This document shows, one piece after another, positions 37,298-48,959 of a DNA stretch of 64,000 bases. The notes beneath the pieces are model-generated. The model did no database searches and was not told the origin of the DNA. It worked only from the letters and a program-made list of their open reading frames with translations. The position numbers and the translations under genes were made by a program. The stretch is taken from positions 5,890,001-5,954,000 of the forward strand of contig OX337228.1 of the NCBI GenBank assembly GCA_946965045.2. Direction: 5' to 3'. How positions within the stretch are numbered: position 1 is the stretch's first letter; each line of letters begins with the position of its first letter. Source of the stretch: Epithemia pelagica (taxonomy: Eukaryota; Protista; Bacillariophyta).

Positions 37298-38471
37298 TTA
37301 CCCATATGTTTGTGGTGATGTTCCCTTTCCGAGCACAAGAGCAAGGAGAGCCATTCGAACAAACATGCCATTCTCCATTTGTCGGAAATAGGCTGCTCTT
37401 GGATCAGTATCTACATCCTTGTGAATCTCATCGACTCGAGGGAGCGGATGCAAGACAATCATGTCTCTTGGTGCGTCTCTCATGATCTTGGAATCCACAA
37501 TGTACGAGCCCTGATCGAGTGTGTATCGGCGTGGGGGAGAAGCAGTGAGATGCCATGGACACACGCCCTGGACCTAGGTAGTGTGTGTTCCATGGTGAAG
37601 AACGTACCTTTGCTTTTGCATACGTCGCTTCGGATTCAAAACGTTCTTTCTGAATCCTTGTGACATACAAAATATGGGTTCCTTGACAGGCCTCCGAGAC
37701 CGACGTGACGGTTTCTTGTTTCACTTTGGGCATGTAGGTTCGAATGTAGTTGGTGATGCTATCGGGCATTCCAAGACCGGGTGGAGCGCAATATCGCAGC
37801 ACTAGTTCGTCTTGCCAGAGAATTCCATCACCAGAAGAGCAGAGCAGCTTGGCCAAGGAATGAACGGTCCGTCCATGTTTCAAGTCTCCCAGAAGGGTCA
37901 CCGTCAGGCTCGTTTTCTTGCTGGGCAGTTGTGGGGTTTTTTCTGGGGACATGGACACAGTCTGGTTGGAAAGTTCATCATAGATTGTAAAGACGTCCAA
38001 TAATGCTTGAGTTGGATGCTCTCCAACTCCATCTCCCGCATTCAAAACGGGTTTTTGTACTTTGGCAATCACATCACCGACTTGTCCTTGAATTGGATGG
38101 CGCAAGACCGTCACGTCCGTGTAGCATTCAAGGCAGCGTATCGTGTCTTCGAGAGATTCTCCCTTCTTCGCAGCCGAAGAGTTGCCTCCTCCATCCACGT
38201 GAATGGTATTCCCACCAAGCCTCATCATTGCTGCTTGAAAGGAGCAGGAGGTTCGAGTGGATGCTTCGTAAAAGACAGTCCCCAGAATGTGATGTTTGAG
38301 TCGATCGTCTCCTCCTTGACGTCGTACCAACGATCTCATCTCACTCGAAACCTCAAGAAGCAACTGGAGTCCAGGTGCTGTGAGTTGACTCACAGATAAT
38401 AGACTGGACCCATGCCAAGACTGTGGGTCTTCTGTCAACACGGGCAATGGCATCTCTTCTTTCAAAATCAT
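37298..38471 (-). CDS. pyrB: Aspartate carbamoyltransferase (stand-alone)
   Basis: Exons 38471-37608 and 37510-37298. [55 protein letters not shown] and [10 protein letters not shown]. Confidence 0.95.
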
Positions 38472-38746
38472 GGTCGCGCTCGCCCTCTCGTCTTGTTTTG
38501 TGCGTCAAGCGGTGGTGGTGGAGTTTTTGCGTGTGGCGGGTGGTCCGCGTGGGTGACAGCCATTCAAACACAGATGGCGGCAAACTCTCATCCGCCAACG
38601 GAAAACAAAACTGATGTAATTGATGATGGCAGCCTTTCTGCGACCAAAAACGGTCGTCGGCCAGACGTCGTAAAGACTCAATCTCGTCCAGTCGACGACG
38701 ACGACCATTCCAAGTCGACGACACGACGGAAGGTTTCTTTCTCACC

Positions 38747-39784
38747 ATGGTGAACGACGACCCCAAGAACAAGCATCTGACACCAAGTGACAATGACGAT
38801 GACAGTAACGCGAATGATCATCGAATGGAGTTATCAAATGCAGCTGCGACAATTGATCCATCGGTCGTTACGTCGCGCATCTATCAAAGCGCATCGCTTC
38901 AACAACCCGCTTCCCTCCCCTTGACACCCGGAAAAGGAGACTCCGCAAATGACGATACAGTCGATCAACCTCATTTTCCCAAACTTTCCGCCCTGCAAGC
39001 AACTGGAAATAAAGTGGAATATCGAAGAGTCCGATGTCCTCCCCACCGTTATACACCTCTGCGAGAACACTGGGAGCAAATCCTCACACCACTCGTCGAG
39101 TTTCTCAAGTTGCAGGTGAGTCGAATGTATCCATGAATGGACAATGATGGAGCGCGTATGATTATATCGTTTTAAGGGATTTATCAGATGGGACCGTGTT
39201 GTTCCTGGATTCGAACCTCCAGGAAGCCTCGGCCTTGGATGAAGTCATTGAACCCATGTCTGATGCGTCCAAGACGTAGAATGCAATGATCAGGAAAACA
39301 GACGATTACTCACAACCATGCGTTTGCTTGTCCCTTATGAAAGGTTCGGTTCAATACTAAAACTCGCAGTGTGGAAATGAAGACATCCAAACATACCATT
39401 GATACAGGCGCCTTGCAAAAAGGCGCTGATTTTGTGTCGGCCTTTATGCTCGGTTTTGAAGTCCAGGATGCGGTGGCACTGTTGCGATTGGATGACTTGT
39501 ACTTGGAGTCGTTTCAAGTGACGGACGTCAAGCTCCTGCACGGAGATCATTTGTCGCGAGCCATTGGTCGTATCGCTGGTCAAGATGGGAAAACGCGGTT
39601 TGCCATTGAGAATGCCACACGGACGAGAATAGTCATTGCCGATCAACGAATCCACTTGCTGGGAAGCTATTCCAATTTACGAGTTGCCCGGAATGCAGTG
39701 TGTGATTTGATTCTTGGTGCTCCACCCGGAAAAGTGTACAACAACATGCGAAGTGTCGCCAAACGAATGAGTGAACGATACTAG
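38747..39784 (+). CDS. PNO1: Pre-40S assembly factor PNO1/DIM2 (KH domain)
   Basis: Exons 38747-39115 and 39344-39784 (228-nt intron). RVRCPPHRYTPLREHW, DAVALLRLDDLYLESF, HLSRAIGRIAGQDGKTRFAIEN and GAPPGKVY. Confidence 0.95.
39149..39270 (+). ncRNA. Candidate intronic box C/D snoRNA
   Basis: Terminal stem GGAGCGCG/TGCGTCC, box C-like ATGATTA at 39158, D' CAGA at 39185, internal 8-bp stem TTCCTGGA/TCCAGGAA, C'-like TGGATGA at 39236 and box D CTGA at 39260. Guide TTAAGGGATTTA (39172-39183) is complementary to the 18S segment UAAAUCCCUUA(A), recalled from memory. Confidence 0.72.
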
Positions 39785-39798
39785 ATTTGTTAGTATCT

Positions 39799-40428
39799 TC
39801 AAACACCCTTTTGTAGAAAATCGAAATGAAGTAGAACTTGTGCCACCATGCAACGTGCTCTCCATTCGGGTCCTCCATTCTTTTCATCAATCTTTACCGC
39901 TTCGTTCCCGTGGATTTCGCGGATGGCATCCCAGATGCTTTTATGGTCATCTTCATCGACCAATGGATCAGGGAGTAGAGCTTGAAGTTGTTCACAAATC
40001 TCCGTGTTGGAATCATCGGCTGGCAGTACATGAATGGACGCATCAGTGGAGGGTTGTTGTGCCAGAACCTTTGTGACCATATCCACCCGTTCCCTGGTTC
40101 GTTCTGGTGACGCAACTGGTTGGGACCTTTCACCATACTCCTTGCGTAGATAACCTTGTAGCACATGAAAGAGAATTGTGTTTGTGTCATCGGCATCGGT
40201 TTCGTAGTCCAGGAGTTTCTGGATATATCTCCACCGATCAAATGCATCTTCTAAACCGAGACGACTGCACAATTCCGAGCTGTCGTGTACCGGATCCGAT
40301 GCACCGTTCCGGCAGAGAAGCGTAGGGTTGATCCTAGTAGCAACCAAAGGATGGAATGCATCGGCAACATGTCGACACTGGTCGATTAGAAGCAAAATTG
40401 CGCAATGGAAAAGTTCTATATGACGCAT
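39799..40428 (-). CDS. Hypothetical protein, probably plastid-targeted
   Basis: ATG 40428 gives MRHIELFHCAILLLIDQCRHVADA-F (signal peptide + Phe). 209-aa ORF with a globular C-terminus. Confidence 0.6.
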   Translation of the reverse strand: MRHIELFHCAILLLIDQCRHVADAFHPLVATRINPTLLCRNGASDPVHDSSELCSRLGLEDAFDRWRYIQKLLDYETDADDTNTILFHVLQGYLRKEYGERSQPVASPERTRERVDMVTKVLAQQPSTDASIHVLPADDSNTEICEQLQALLPDPLVDEDDHKSIWDAIREIHGNEAVKIDEKNGGPEWRARCMVAQVLLHFDFLQKGV

Positions 40429-40671
40429 TTTGGCTCTAGAACAACCCCTGGGCTTCAAATAGACGTTGGAACTGTGTAATGGACGAGATCGGAAAAGATT
40501 TGAAGAATCGCGGCGAGGACGACTGGTGTCATCTGAGATGACGTGTTCGCGACTGAAAATGACCCAGTCGCGGGATGCGAAAGACCAGCATGCCACCCCC
40601 AAAGATGCAAATCCCCAAAAATCCTGCGAACTGGGATCGCTCGACGATGGCAGGGAGTACGGCTGTGGACC

Positions 40672-41844
40672 ATGGCCGAGCTAAGGAAAACGCAAGAGCA
40701 ACTCGTTACATTTGCCAGGACTTACACACAAATCCAGTGTGATGAAAGAATTAAGCATTTATCTCCTCCTTCCCTCAAGACAAGCATTCCTGAAAGTCAG
40801 GAGATGGAGCATGATGAACAGACGAACAGTGCGATTCCAAGCACGTATGCGAGTTTGCTGTCGCAATTAGAGAGCCTCAAGGATGAGCTCGAAAACGTAC
40901 GGCCAAGTACAGAGCGCTTACAGAAAAGATTAGTCGAAAAGGACCCCGTCTCGAACAAACCTCGCTATGGTGAGAAAACCCAGGCTCGTGTATCGCATCT
41001 TCTGTCACTTTTCAATGAACTGGAGGAAATCATTATTATCACCTTATTTGGAGGAGGCTCAGAGAATGCGATAAAGGATGCAGAACCCAGTGATCTGGTG
41101 AAATACCTTCGAGGTGAGGTTGACCGGGAATTGGCGGAAGCAGAGGAACAGACTAGGCTTGCCAAACTTGAAGAAGAGAAACGCTTGATGCGCATTGCCG
41201 ATGAAGAAAGAGAGCGTCGTGAAATGCAACAACGGGAAGCTGAAGAAGCCGAGCGAGCGCGATTGAGAGAAGAAGAGAAAATACGTATGCAACAAGAGGA
41301 GGCCAGACGTGCCGAGCAGCAACGACGACAGGAGGATGAAAAACGAGACCGCGATTGGGTGAATAGTATCACCAAAGGGAGCATTGGTGTGAAGCAACAA
41401 CTTGCACTTTTGCTAGAAAGCACCGCCGAAGATAAGCAGACACAACGATGCGCAATCGAGGCCTTACACACAATTTTCAATCAGATTTGTGCCCGTCCAG
41501 AAGAAACCAACTTTCGAAGGATTCGTCGAAATCATCCAAAATTCAATGAGGTATGAGAAGAAATTTGGTGCTGATCCTCGGCGTTGGGTTTGGGGTCCCT
41601 TTCCCTGTGTAGTCGTCTCAACTCTAGTTTGTGTTCTGTTGCAACACCACAGGACATTGGCCGTCATCCCGGTGGAAAGGAGATTCTCATTGCTGCGGGC
41701 TTTGAGCTTGGAGAGATTGACGGGGTGCCATCTTTTATTTCGAAGGAACCGGATCTGGAATCTGATATGGATCGCTGGTCCGCATGGTTCGATCTGTTGA
41801 AAGCGACGCTGGCTTTACTGGACGAGCACCTCAAGAAAATGTGA
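40672..41844 (+). CDS. Coiled-coil protein with C-terminal PUB/PUG domain
   Basis: Exons 40672-41550 and 41653-41844. LHTIFNQICARPEETNFRRIRRNHPKFNE|DIGRHPGGKEILIAAGF, preceded by an E/R-rich helix. Confidence 0.8.
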
Positions 41845-42189
41845 TTGTTTGTTAGAAGCATCGGTGTGTTCGTTCTCGTGGGGAACAAATGGTTCGATAG
41901 CTGGATTCGCGCACATCGTCTTGTTTAATCTTCAAGTCGTTTGATCAGCGTGGTGTTCCTTCTCCCATTGTAATTACTCCTTCGGATTAGGACATGCACC
42001 GGGATAAGTCACCTTTAGAGAGCGTAGCCGCTATCTCGACAAGATAGCTCAGTGGCCAGCAGATTTTTCGCGACTGAATAGAGTATTTTTATTTTTTGGT
42101 ATCTTTATTTGCCGCCCCAGCCCTGAATGTTCTGGTGCAATGGAACTCTGGAGAAAATGACTTGCGTTCTAGTAAATTTCGTTGTCGGA

Positions 42190-43341
42190 ATGAGAAGAAT
42201 ATTGTTGAGTTCACTGATGCTTAGTCCCTCCCTCGCGTTTCTGTCGTTGAGGGCCGTACAATGGAATGCGTATCATTTTAGTCGTCACTCGTGCACTGTC
42301 GCAACACAACGACAAAAGGTCTCGCGTTGTCCAAGTCGCATCGTGGATGCAGAGTTTGAAACAGTGCCCGAAGACACAGACGAAGATGGCCGTCGTGAGG
42401 CTTTAGAAAAAAGTCAAATGGATATGCTCGAATCGGAACCCGAAGCTTCCTTTCTTGATATGTCCATCAATGCCGACCCCGAGATTAGCAATCTACGTAT
42501 TCCATTCTGTGACGGAGAGAAGTGCATTGACACCAAACTTTCATTCATGGCCGATCTGGACGGTACGCAGTACGCAATCGGAGTTCCTTATGATTTTGCT
42601 GCTGCCATTGCTCTTGAAAAGAAGAACGGGGAGGTAGTAAATCTATCACCAGATTCCGATGAGAATGAGGAGTTCATGGAACTCATGGCTCAACAACTTC
42701 AAGAAGCTGTGGGCGACGATCTTCGTCTTGTTCGAACGCCTCGCGTACTTACAATCGCAGGGCCGTTGGATAAGTACACAAAAAACTGGAGGGACGAGCT
42801 CCTTCCGAAGTCAGTCGACACTGAGACACTACTCAACGAAGACGACGAAGATATTGAATCATTTCTAAGCTTTATGAGAGAGGAACTTGGCGAAGAAGAT
42901 TTTACAAAGACTCTAAACGAGGAACATACTTTCGACGAAGAAACTCTTTCCCTTTTTTCTGTGGACGATGAAGATGGCCTTGCTGACTTCTTGAAAAGAG
43001 AAATGATGGATGCCTCGTCGTCTGAAGAAGACGAATACAAGGAGCGTCAAAAGCATATTATGGAAGATGTTGTCGGAAAGCTTGATTTGACACATGATGG
43101 TGTTGCGTTGAAGCTCGTCAGTTATGGAATGCCAGATGGAAAGAGCTACTCGCTCGTACAACTATTGCAACCTGTTGTGTTAGTCGCCAAACAGGTAGAG
43201 ATCGGCGAATCAAGCGAACATGGAAAGATGACGCCTCAGTTTGATTTACTCTCTCGAGACGAGCTTCTGCTTGTGTCTCCGCGCTTAGAGGAAGTATGTC
43301 GTGAGGATATAGAGCGACTTGGATGGGAACTCGAGGAGTAG
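42190..43341 (+). CDS. Acidic plastid-targeted protein, DUF3727-like
   Basis: MRRILLSSLMLSPSLA-F presequence. DGTQYAIGVPYD, LRLVRTPRVLTIAGPL, GKSYSLVQLLQPVVLVAK and DLLSRDE resemble cyanobacterial/plastid DUF3727 proteins (recalled pattern). Confidence 0.6.
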   Translation: MRRILLSSLMLSPSLAFLSLRAVQWNAYHFSRHSCTVATQRQKVSRCPSRIVDAEFETVPEDTDEDGRREALEKSQMDMLESEPEASFLDMSINADPEISNLRIPFCDGEKCIDTKLSFMADLDGTQYAIGVPYDFAAAIALEKKNGEVVNLSPDSDENEEFMELMAQQLQEAVGDDLRLVRTPRVLTIAGPLDKYTKNWRDELLPKSVDTETLLNEDDEDIESFLSFMREELGEEDFTKTLNEEHTFDEETLSLFSVDDEDGLADFLKREMMDASSSEEDEYKERQKHIMEDVVGKLDLTHDGVALKLVSYGMPDGKSYSLVQLLQPVVLVAKQVEIGESSEHGKMTPQFDLLSRDELLLVSPRLEEVCREDIERLGWELEE

Positions 43342-43675
43342 ACGTTGGGTACACCTTCAGATTTAGCTGTGACGCTAAATAGTTCGACCGTTCAAGCTTT
43401 CATTGGAAGATCACGATGTCAGCGATCTCTGGGCCTGCTTCGGTTGGACTGTAGCTTCAAGAGAACTCCTCTTTACTAGAGGCAGTAGCTAGAGAGCATG
43501 TGTTCTCCTAGGAGTACCTTAAAAAGAACAGCTACCCCTGCTGACCACATCCGACATAGCAATATCTCATATCGGACGTCGTACGGACGCTTTTGCTTTT
43601 TTACCTATTTTCTTATTACTAAAATGCGAGAAACAAAGAGTTTGTTATGTCCAATCTATTTGCCACAGTTTCACC

Positions 43676-44394
43676 ATGGTATTGACAAAAACAAAGGTGA
43701 TTGATGGACGAGGCCATCTCCTCGGCCGCTTGTGCAGTATCGTAGCTAAGGAACTGCTTGCTGGCCAGACAATTGTTATTGTCCGATGTGACGAAATGGT
43801 CGTATCTGGATCATGTAAGTAACAACATTCAACGTCGTCGCCGTCTTGATGGTCGCTTCACCAGCCATTAGTGCTTACTGAGGTTTATCATCTGATGTAA
43901 TGGTAATTGTTTGGTATTCGTTCACAGTGGTACGAAATAAGGTCAAATATGCCCAGTTCCGAAAACTTCACATGAATACAAACCCTCGTCGGGGACCTTA
44001 TCACTACAGATCGCCCTCTATGATGGTATGGCGCACAATCCGCGGTATGGTTCCGCATATGTCCCCCCGTGGTGCTGCAGCATTGAAGCGTTTGTCAACA
44101 TTCGAAGGCATCCCGTCTCCTTTCGACAAAAAAGAACGAGTTGTTGTCCCAGCTGCATTGAAGGTTGTCCGTCTCAAACCTGGACGTGACTTTACCGTAA
44201 TGGGCGACTTGGCGCATGCCGTGGGCTGGAAGCATCGCGACTTGCTACAGCGTTTGGAAGCCAAGCGCAAGACAGAATCTTCGGAATGGTATACTAAAAA
44301 GAAGGAAAATATGGAGAAGAGGAAGAAGGCCGAGGAGGCCGCTGCTGGCGAGTTGGCGACGGTCAACAAATTCCTCGAAGAATCAGGATATTAG
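43676..44394 (+). CDS. RPL13A: 60S ribosomal protein uL13 (L13a/L16)
   Basis: Exons 43676-43814 and 43928-44394. [37 protein letters not shown] and FEGIP. Confidence 0.97.
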
Positions 44395-45027
44395 ACCTAA
44401 TCCAGCTATTTTTCCTGTCTTGAATTGGCGTAGCCTCCACTGGTTTCCCTAGCTAGTATGGGTTTATGTTAGGGATATGTCCATCGTCGGTTCAGAATTC
44501 AGAATACTCTGACACGATTTGACGGATACAGAGGTATCTTTCAAGCCCCGTGCTCGTACCTTTGTCCTTTGTATCCCTTGCATTGCACCTTTTCGAGGTG
44601 ACGCAATACCGTCCGAGTATGAGCATGGGAGATTAGAGACGCATCGCCGCGGGGTGAAGCATTCCTCTCCCAATGATTCCCCTATTTTGAAACTGCGGAA
44701 CTAATGATGCTTATCCAATGGACGACTACAGCGACGTAGCGAATTCCTCTGAGTTGCTTTCTATATTCCACAAACGAAAGTCCTCAATCCTCAAGGTCGA
44801 TTTGCATGTAACCGAGAAATTGTCGACATTGACTACGCTAGATACTCCTAGGAGTGGGACATAGGACTAGAGGTAAGTACCTCAGGTGGATCGGGGTAGG
44901 AGAGGTAGAGATCTGCAGTCGCATGAAATATCTTTTCCCCAAGATGTCGTTTTTGAGAAAGACACCTGCAGCATGTCGACAGTTGATCTGAGATCTTGGG
45001 ACCACTAGCAAATCAACGAGAATAACC

Positions 45028-45955
45028 ATGGCTACCAACAATGATAAAACGCTTTCAGTGGGATTCATTGGTTCTGGAATGATGGCTTCCGCCATTATGG
45101 TGAGTGATACGTTCTCGACCTTTCGCACTTGATGTATCGTCTTACGTCGTCCATGTTGGAAAGGATGGTATTATTTCAAGAAAACTCGTTTCAAGTCCAG
45201 AATCTATTTCCTGTTCAGATGTTTTCGACGCTCCGTTGCAAAACGCTCGGAAGAAAGGAATCTATGCTACAGATTCAAACCGCATTGTGTGCGAGCGTAC
45301 CCGTGATGCCATCATTATTGCCGTCAAACCAGACACTGTCGCACAAGTTTGCCACGATATATCGGCTGTTGAAGAATCTAAAAGTGCAGTGATCATAAGT
45401 GTTGCAGCTGGCGTCACAATCGACACACTTGAGCAGAATCTCCGGGGTCGTCGTGTAGTTCGTGTGATGCCCAATCAAGCTTGCACGGTGGGAGAATCAG
45501 CGTCTGGCTTTGCGCTTGGATCTTTGTGTACCAATGAAGATCGAGATATTGTTCAGGCTATCTTTGGTGCGTGTGGCGTAGCTCGCGAGTTCAAAGAGTT
45601 CCTGTTAAATGCAGTTACAGGATTGTCAGGAAGTGGGCCTGCCTATGTCTTCCAATTCATTGAAGCACTTGCTGATGGAGGCGTACGCGTCGGCTTGCCT
45701 AGGGCTGAAGCAATCCAGCTTGCGGCACAAACGGTGAAAGGAGCGGCTGAAATGGTGCTGACGACTGGGAAGCATCCCGGTGAACTAAAAGACCGTGTTA
45801 CATCACCTGGTGGGACGACAATTGCTGGTGTGGATGAGTTGGAGAGAGGTGGTGTGAGAGCCGCGACCATACAGGCCGTCAAGGCAGCGACAAAACGGTC
45901 GATGCAGATGGGTGGAGTGAGCGAATCAGAGATTACGAACAAATACAATCTCTAG
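45028..45955 (+). CDS. proC: Pyrroline-5-carboxylate reductase
   Basis: Exons 45028-45099 and 45164-45955. VGFIGSGMMA, IAVKP, RVVRVMPN, VTGLSGSGPAY and LKDRVTSPGGTTIAG. Confidence 0.95.
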
Positions 45956-46403
45956 AAAAGCGATGAGTAATTGTTATTTGTGGAGTTTGCTTTCGTCAGG
46001 TAATTTCCCGTAAGATCTTCATACCAACCGGCTAAACATTCTATCAGTTTGCATGCTCATATGTGGACCTCCTTATCCATAACATTTTCCATAACATTGA
46101 AGGGAAAGCGTCCTTCTAAGACCACCGAGAAACAATATCGGAGTAGGACGACATACTCGTGCTCCTACACTCCACTAGAGGTAGGTTTACTCGGAGTACC
46201 TACCTAGCTAGAGGTAGGTAGCTTCGCCATGGCCGAATAGAATCTGTCCGTCGTCGGCACACATTCGAATGTTCTTTGACGAATCTCCAACCTCCGCCCG
46301 ACACAACCAACATCAACCCTCAGCTCTCAACCCTCAACATAACACGTGTGAACTTCATTGTCGACTACGAGCTGATCTCCACCAACAAGTTTGTGCAAAA
46401 AGA

Positions 46404-47370
46404 ATGGAGCCCAGTAATCCAAAACAATGGAGTCCACCTGGCAACTGCAGGTTTGCTATTCCGAAGAAAGGCCGTCTTCATGAAAAGGTTCTGGAGATGC
46501 TGAAAGGTGCTGGAATCAGCTTTCGTCGGGAACCACGTCTGGACGTTGCTTTGGCAGTCGACTTGCCAATTACACTCGTGTTTCTTCCAGCATCGGATAT
46601 TCCCAAATACGTTGGGGAGGGAGACGTCGACATTGGGATCACAGGACAAGATGTTGTCAAGGAGGCAGGTGTTGTGGTTAACAACATCATGGATCTTGGT
46701 TTCGGCAAGTGTCGGCTATGCCTCCAAGCCCCTGTCGCAGACAAAATTACAAGTGCTGAGACATTGGCAGGCAAGCGCATTGTGACAAGCTTCCCAGAGA
46801 TCTCGAAACAGTTTTTCCAGCCTCTTGACGAGAAATTGGGAGTTACGACCAAAATCAGTGTACTTTCGGGCTCGGTGGAGGCTGCTTGTGGGCTCGGTCT
46901 TGCAGACGCTATCGTTGATCTTGTTGAGACTGGCACCACTATGAAGGTAGGTTTATTGGATTTCCTGAATCAGCTCTCGTGAACATTTTCTCAGCATTGA
47001 ACGATTTAATGTGGAGCAGGCTGCTGGACTGGAGATTGTTTCCGAAATCTTTTCGACACAAGCGAGCCTCATTGTTAATCCGCATGCACAGCACCAAGAT
47101 ATCGTGGAAATGGTGAAACGGCGCATCGAGGGTTTTATTACAGCCACCAAATACTGCCTTATCATTTACAATGTGTCAGACAATCTCCTTCAGCAAGCAT
47201 GCGCGCTCACCCCGGGTAAGAAATCGCCGACCATTACAACTCTTGATGATGGTGGGAAATCCGTCTCTTCTCTGGTGCTCAAGAGTGAATTGAACAAAAA
47301 GATGGATGAACTCCATGATCTTGGTGCTACTGATATACTTTCGATGGACCTTAGTAACTCTCGCATGTAA
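46404..47370 (+). CDS. hisG: ATP phosphoribosyltransferase (long form)
   Basis: Exons 46404-46946 and 47020-47370. FAIPKKGRL, DIPKYVGEGDVDIGITGQD, GSVEAAC, DLVETGTTMK|AAGL, SPTI and GATDIL. Confidence 0.95.
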
Positions 47371-47967
47371 ATCTTGGTCGAAAAAGGTTGGGCTCTGTCC
47401 GGTGACATCTTGGTCAACATGCATTTCACTTTGAAAAAGATGTAACACTAAATGATAATACAACACCATGTTTGTCTGCTTTCTAGAGCGTGGTTTTGGA
47501 AGTTCTACTCCCAAAAATAGATAGCGTGAGGATGGTTTACTGATCTCGACTCCTCTAAGACTTGAGAATTGACTTTGATGGGCCTCTCGCCATCAAACTC
47601 TTCTGACGTCACACACGTCTCGAGGTTGTGGATTGTGTTTGGGAGAAGGCTTTCCAGCGACTGAAATTACTGCGAGGTTGCGTGGACGCGCGCGACGAGG
47701 TTGAATTCGGCTGAAAAAATCAGGATGTGTCAAAGATACTCGGCGGGGGGAACATTTTGTTGCACCTATTGCCTTGATGAAGCAAAAGAAAAGAGAAGCG
47801 AAACTGAAGCCTGTTTCTTGTCCATTCATAAGTTCGGTTTGCAAGAAACACAACCAGCGCTAAATCCAAATTTCACTCTCCAAGGTGAGATTGAATCACA
47901 CTGAGCAGTGCCAAACAATCTCACAGAAGAAAGCTTGTCACCATTGTGCCAACGAAAAAGAGTAAGG

Positions 47968-48959
47968 ATGCGTAGTATGAGAGGAGCCCCCGAATATGGC
48001 CTGCTGTCGGATCGAGCCGCCATGGCCTTTCATTGCGGCAATCACCGACAGGCGGCCGACTTGTATGCCGAATCCTTTTCTAAAACGCCATCTCATTGGT
48101 GCATCTATCGCTACCACATTCTACACGGTTTAATGTCCGTGCTGGAAGAACGGTACTTTGAGGCGACCGACAAGGATTTGGAGTTTTTGCAAAAGGTAAT
48201 GGAAGACAAACACGAGCCCAAGCTGTATCGCTGTGATGCAGCTCGCTGTCTGGGGATTTTGAATTGGGACCGTCTACGTCGAGAGGAAGCGGCCGAATGC
48301 TATCGTGATGCACTCCGATTGGGAGAAAAAGTCACCGAAAAGGAGCGGCGTAAAAAGATCCATGCCATGAAAGACATGCAACTTGTAGAACGACAGGTGG
48401 GAGAAGTCTTGACGAGATTTTACAGACGACACGGAACAATCTCAATCGGCTCGAAAATCCCACGGCGGCACATGCCCCTTTTGCACCCACCAATAACATG
48501 CGGTCGGACGGATCGGCCATGCCCGCCAATGCCGGACGGCGACCGGTGCAGCTTAAAGTAGGTCCTTTGGGGTCTGACATGACGCCTGACAAGGCAGATT
48601 TTCTTCTTTCAACCGGTGGATCCCAGTGTGACCATTGTGGGAAAACAAGACAAGAATTGGGGGTGTCGCACTTGTTATCCTGCTCGCAGTGCCGCAAAGC
48701 CTATTATTGTGGTGCGGAATGTCAACGACTTCAGTGGAAAAAGGGGCACAAGAAGCATTGTCGCAAGCCAGGACAATTTCAAACTGGAGATTATCTTCAA
48801 ATCCATGGTCTCCAGTCGAACTCGGATCTGAATGGGACCATTGTGCACGTGATCGGACCCGCGACCACAACCGGACGATGGGAAGTGCGGATTCCTGGTG
48901 GAACCAAATCCATTTCGGTGTCGGGTGAAAAGCTAATTCAGCTTCGACCTCCTCTGTAA
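47968..48959 (+). CDS. TPR-like + MYND zinc-finger protein, interrupted by a frame break near 48410
   Basis: 5' ORF is helical/TPR-like. 3' ORF has CDHCGK...CSQCRKAYYCGAECQRLQWKKGHKKHC. The two halves are in different frames with no normal-sized intron between them. Confidence 0.7.

Noticed and set aside
39195-39230. GGTTCGAATCC (tRNA T-loop/B-box) on the minus strand
   Set aside because: The flanks do not form a T-stem and there is no D or anticodon arm. It is the loop of the snoRNA candidate's internal hairpin.
42025-42060. TAGCTCAGTGG resembling a tRNA A-box
   Set aside because: It is part of a simple GCTATCT/AGATAGC hairpin, with no cloverleaf or downstream T-arm.
43815-43927. Possible snoRNA in the RPL13A intron (TGATGG...CTGA...CTGA)
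   Set aside because: Only about 50 nt between boxes, no room for C' plus a guide, no terminal stem and no recognisable rRNA complement.
37298-47370. Run of growth-related genes (ATCase, PNO1, RPL13A, P5CR, HisG) as a possible cluster
   Set aside because: Different pathways, interspersed unrelated genes and no shared motif found. Common housekeeping genes co-occur by chance.
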